Positions 58,440-64,000 of a DNA stretch of 64,000 nucleotides are shown here, in pieces. This stretch comes from Eledone cirrhosa (lineage: Eukaryota), in contig OZ024743.1 of assembly GCA_964016885.1 (NCBI GenBank), forward strand, positions 55,242,001 to 55,306,000. Reading direction: 5' to 3'. A program made the position numbers and the translations under genes. Each line of letters begins with the position of its first letter. The stretch's first letter is position 1. A model generated the notes under the pieces. The model saw only the letters and a program-made list of their open reading frames with translations, was not told the DNA's origin and made no database searches.

Positions 58440-59863
58440 CTAACAACATCAACAACCACCACCAGCATCACCCACACCATCGCCACCACCACCAACAATA
58501 CCAATGACAGCGACTGCAACACCACCGCCAAAAACACCAACACCAGAAACACTAACAACAATAACATTAACAATAATACCAAAATCAAACGCCGACAACA
58601 TTATCATCTACAACAACATTATATACACTAACACCAATATCGCCGACAACACCAGCAATAACATCAACATCAACAACATCAATACCAACACCAACACCAA
58701 CACCAACCCCAACACCAACACCAACATCAACACCAACACCAACACCAAAACCAACATCAACATCAACACCAACAACAACATCAACACCAACACCAACACC
58801 AACATCAACACCAACAACAACATCAACACCAACACCAACACCAACAACAACATCAACAACATCAACACCAACACCAACACCAACACCAACACCAACAACA
58901 ACATCAACATCAACACCAACACCACCAACATCAACACCAACAACAACATCAACACCAACACCAACACCAACAACAACACCAACACCAACACCAACATCAA
59001 CACCAACACCAACACCAACACCAACAACAACATCAACACCAACAACAACATCAACATCAACACCAACACCAACACCAACACCAACATCAACACCAACACC
59101 AACACCAACACCAACATCAACACCAACACCAACACCAACATCAACACCAACACCAACATCAACACCAACAACAACATCAACACCAACAACAACACCAGCA
59201 CCAACACCAACACCAACACCAACACCAACACCAGCACCAGCATCAACACCAACACCAGCACCAGCATCAACACCAACACCAACACAAACAACAACAACAA
59301 CACCAACACCAACACCAACACCAACAACAACACCAACACCAACACCGACATCAACATCAACATTAACAGCACAAACATCATCACCGACAACACTATTGTC
59401 AGCAACACCAACAATCGCATCAACAACACTATCACCATTATCAACGTCAACATCAACCGTACTGACACCAACATCCCCACCGACAACACTAATGTCACCC
59501 ACACCGACAACAGCATCATCAACAACATCTAAAATGTCACTACAATCACCAAACCAACACCAACAACAACGCAATAATACAACCACCACCACCACCACCA
59601 ACACCAACACCAACACCAACATCACCAACAACAACAACAACACCAACACCAACATCAACAACAACATCAACACCAACACCACCACCACCACAAACACCAA
59701 CACCAACAACAATAACAACACCAACACCAACATCAACAACAACAACATCAACACCAACACCAACACCAACAAAAACAACAACAACAATAACAACAACAAC
59801 ACCAAAACCAACACCAACACCAACATCACCAACACCAACACCAACACCAACAACAACAACAAC

Positions 59864-59895
<32 letters not shown>

Positions 59896-60880
59896 CAATA
59901 ACAACAACAACACCAACACCAACATCAAGAACATCAACACCAACACAAAAACCAACACTAACAACAACAACAACAACAATAACAACAACAACAACAACAC
60001 CAACACCAACATCAACAACATCAACACCAACACCAACAACAACAACAATAACAACAACAACACCAACACCAACACCAACATCAACAAGATCAACACCAAC
60101 ACCAACAACAACAACATCAATACCAACACCAACACCAACACCAACAACAACAACATCAATACCAACACCTACACCAACAACATGAACAGCATGAACACCA
60201 ACACTTGCATCAAGATCAACAACACCACCATCACCAGCACTACAACGACCATCACCAGCACCACACCCACCAACATCAACATAACAATAGCAACAATATA
60301 AGCAACATCAACACCAACAACGTGAACACCATCAACATCAACATCAACGCCAACATCTAGACAAACACCATCAACATCAACACCATCACTAGCACCATCA
60401 ACTATCGACATCAGCACCAGCAACACAAACACCATCAACAACAACATAAACACCGGCAACACAAACACCATCAACATCAACATCAACATCAACACAAACA
60501 CCATCAACACCAACATCAACACCATCAACACCAACACCAGCAACACAAACACCATCAACACCAACACCAACACAAACACCATCAACATCAACACCAACAT
60601 CAACACAAACACCATCAACATCAACACCAACATCAACACCATCAACACCAACACCATCAACACCAGCAACACAAACACCATCAACACCAACATCAACACA
60701 AACACCATCAACATCAACTCCAACATCAACACAAACACCATCAATATCAACAACACAAACACCACTACCGCCACCACCACCACCACCACTACCATCACCA
60801 CCACTACCACCACCACCACCACCACCACCACCCTCAATACCACAACCACCACCACCACCACTACCACCGCCACCGCCACC
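58440..60880. repeat. Degenerate AAC/ACC/ATC trinucleotide array (~2.4 kb)
   Basis: Direct inspection. It generates the Asn/Thr and Val/Leu ORFs. Confidence 0.9.
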
Positions 60881-61227
60881 GAGACATTTGACTGTGTCTA
60901 TCAGGGAATTTCAGTGGACCTTAGAATTACATGACGGCGGGGGGGGGGGGGATGTCTCGACTCCAGTCACTTACTAAGTTTAACCTACCAGCAGAAGCAA
61001 TTAATGGAGGCGTGGCAGAAAAATCTCCCGCAGCCTGAAGTAAGAGTCGGGTGAGAACCAGTGTACCCGTTCATCCCTAAGGATATCATTGTCGGATATC
61101 AAAGTACCCTCTCTACTCTCTACTCTACCCCCACCCCAGTTTTGAGATAATGTTTTTTTTTAATCTTTGATAACAATACAATAAGTTTTCTTCAAATCCC
61201 TCCACTCTTGTCCAGTGTTGAAATAAC

Positions 61228-61410
61228 TGTTTCTACTTTAAGCACAAGGCCAGCAATAACCCAGTGCATCACTGGTACTTTGTTTTATCGACCCCGTAAG
61301 GATGAAAGGCAAAGTCAACCTCGGCGGGATTTGAACTCAGATCGTAAAGGGACGTAACTATGCTGGAAAGCATGGCGTCCGACCCTCTACCGATACTGCC
61401 AATCCACCGC
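61228..61410 (-). mobile_element. SINE family A, full length
   Basis: 16-bp TSD CCAGTGTTGAAATAAC (61212-61227 / 61411-61426). Confidence 0.92.
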
Positions 61411-61438
61411 CCAGTGTTGAAATAACGTTTCTTTAAAT

Positions 61439-61716
61439 CAGTCATGGGCAACCTGTGGCCCGCGAAGCTTTCTCAGTGGCTTGCCTAAGTCACCTAAGTG
61501 AAATCTTTCTGATTTTTTTACCCCAACTTTTCAGTCGTAATTTATGTTTCTATCCTTTTTACGATCGAGGGAAACAACGTGTACGAATTCTGAAAAACAA
61601 ATCAAAACAAACTGAGTTATCACCCTTTTTTTTAATGTGGGCACGAATGTAAATTAGCGCTTGCGGTGAGCCATATCTCATGCAGCCCGCTTCTCGAAAA
61701 ACGTTGCCCATGCCTG
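61439..61716. mobile_element. hAT (Charlie-like) MITE, 278 bp
   Basis: TIRs CAGTCATGGGCAAC / GTTGCCCATGCCTG and a perfect 8-bp TSD CTTTAAAT (61431-61438 / 61717-61724). Confidence 0.9.
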
Positions 61717-62394
61717 CTTTAAATAGTTTCATTCTACCTTCAATGAGACAGAAGGCAACAGTATGTCCGGTTCGGAAATAATTGTTTCTACTTTAGGCAC
61801 GGCGCCAGCAGTTTGATGGGAAGGGAAAAGTCGATTAAATCAACCCTAGTCCATTACTAGTACTTTATTTGATTGATCCCGTAAGAATGAAACGCAAAGC
61901 TAACCGGGGGGGGGGGGGAGAAGAGAAAATTTGAACTCAGAACGTAAAGGGCCGTAACTCTATGCTGCAAAGCATGCAGTCCGAAGCTCTACCAATACTG
62001 CCAAACCATCCGGTTTGGAGATAATGATTCATTAAATCCTACTCATGAAATTAACGCGTAAGTGCTTGAGCATTCTAAATAAGCAGCCTTAATGCAATTC
62101 TCGGGGAGATTCAGCTTTAAAGATGTGGATAAAATGAATTGCGGTATTTGTTCTGATTCAAATCCCGCCGAGATCATTTTTGCCATTCACTTGTTCGGGA
62201 TCTCTATACTAAAATAGCTGTCTGTGGTGTTGGATTGTTCAGAACATTCTAGTTCCCACAAAAGCATAAACAGACTCATTAACTGCTTAATGAACTCAAC
62301 CACAAGGATATGGTCTGAACGTAGAAGAGCCGAACTCCCACTGTCATCGCCTCCATCTCTCTCGCCTCACCATCTCTCTGTATGGTGAGCAAAT

Positions 62395-62640
62395 GGGGTC
62401 CTACGTACGGGCCTCCCCATAGCCCGGCGGACAGAATGGAGAAGCCGTTTCCCCGGGGATGGTATGGGAGATGCGCTGGAAAAACCATTCCAGCTGGCGA
62501 GGCTTACACCTGCGGCTGGCCAGCTCAGCGCCTATGGTGGTGAGTAGGTAAGTAGCCCTAGGGCCAAGGACACAAGAAGTCTGTACTGCCAATGGCACGA
62601 CCGCGAACCTGTCGGAGAGCGACCGGTTCTTGGAGAATTA
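62395..62640 (-). pseudogene. Second CRE-like endonuclease C-terminal fragment
   Basis: ..SLSDRFAVVPLAVQTSCVLGPRATYLLTTIGAELASR..LEWFFQRIS; closely similar to 55310-55500. Confidence 0.7.
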
Positions 62641-63277
62641 AGCGTTTGTAAAAATGACAGGCGATATTTTTTCCGACATTTTGCGTTCTGAGTTCAAATC
62701 ACGTCGCGGGTACTGGTGGAGTATACTTAATCCACCGTTCGATTTTAACACAACCACGTGGTTCTTGGTTGTATTTAACAGAGACAGAGTCCACGCTGTT
62801 GCTGGCATTCAGAAATGAAGATAACTCCTTCCCTTTAACCCACATATCTTGGAGGCCCTGGAAATCATCATTGGCATTTCACGTCCCCCCATGACTTAAA
62901 CAGTACCAAAGGAAATCAACAAAAGATGTAAGAAAAAAGCAAAATAAATCATTCCTTCTACATCGTTACATTTTGATTGACTGATTGATTAATCTGTCAC
63001 GGGCATTTGGTGCATACACACGTATGTTTATGTGTATGGATGTGTGTGCTTGTGTGCGTATGTATATGTATGTGTGTGTAAACAGAGAGAGAAAGGGAGA
63101 GAGAGGGAGAGGGAGGCAGACGTAGACATACAGACAAATTGCATTGTGTGTAACACAATTGGTCTGTATGGCGATGTATAATTTGGTTAGGTACATTTGG
63201 TGTATGTATGCATATATATATATACATATGTGCCTGTGTGTGTGTGTGTATGTGTGTGTGTGTCAGTGAATGTGTGT

Positions 63278-63489
<212 letters not shown>

Positions 63490-64000
63490 CTATAGTTATT
63501 TTTATGGGTATTTGATGTGTAAAGAATCGTGTTAGGAAACATTTGATGTATACATAATTGTGTTAAGTGTGGTCGGTGCTGAAAACTGATATCTCCTATT
63601 AAAGAATATTAATGTAGACAGCTGTTTAGATGGGTGAGTTTGTGAGAAAAATCAGCGGAATATTCTCAATATGGTGGATGCAGCATGGCCAAATATTTAA
63701 AGGGTCGGTTTGTCAATTATTAGACACCCGGTTCAAACCCGTTGCGTGGTATCTTGGGTAAACTTTTTTTATCATTGGCTCAGGTCGATATGCATTGTGA
63801 GTGAAACGTCTAGGCCCATTCGACGGACTCTGTCTGTAATTTCTAGGGCCAGCTTTTTCACACATTGTGAATTACATTAAGGGTACACGAGGCTGTTGAA
63901 TGCTCAGTCACGTACATATTAATTTCATGGGCAGGCTATTCATTGGACCGAACAACTGGAACAACTATCATCAAAACCGAAGGAAGTCCATTATTCTTCA

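Noticed and set aside
58504-60879. Asn/Thr-rich or Val/Gly-rich ORFs resembling structural proteins
   Set aside because: Degenerate trinucleotide array with frame breaks and no non-repetitive domain.
61228-61410. tRNA gene suggested by A/B boxes
   Set aside because: It is a multicopy SINE head with TSDs, and no complete cloverleaf is evident.

Overview
This window is eukaryotic, AT-rich and saturated with microsatellites, with no recognisable host protein-coding gene. The repeat landscape suggests an octopus/coleoid cephalopod intergenic or intronic region (inference). Nearly all predicted ORFs are microsatellite artefacts. Transposable elements present: a decayed near-full-length R4/Dong-clade non-LTR retrotransposon (6929-11219, -) plus two 3' remnants, a decayed Ty3/Gypsy element with an intact 3' LTR (20253-24536, -), six copies of a bipartite RTE-derived non-autonomous element with (TATG)n tails, many tRNA-derived SINEs, two non-autonomous Helitrons, hAT and Tc1/mariner MITEs and CRE-like fragments. 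It also holds two large minisatellites and a 200-N gap. The most notable signals: (i) five loci with sequence-unrelated minimal type-I hammerhead ribozyme motifs of Penelope-like/retrozyme type, one as a divergent pair inside a 469-bp palindrome; (ii) eight fold-back inverted duplications of unrelated sequences; (iii) a nest of retroelements targeting (TATG)n; (iv) a twister-like structured 5' domain in the RTE-derived element; (v) a hidden (GYEV-Dn) acidic reading frame in a 3.3-kb minisatellite.
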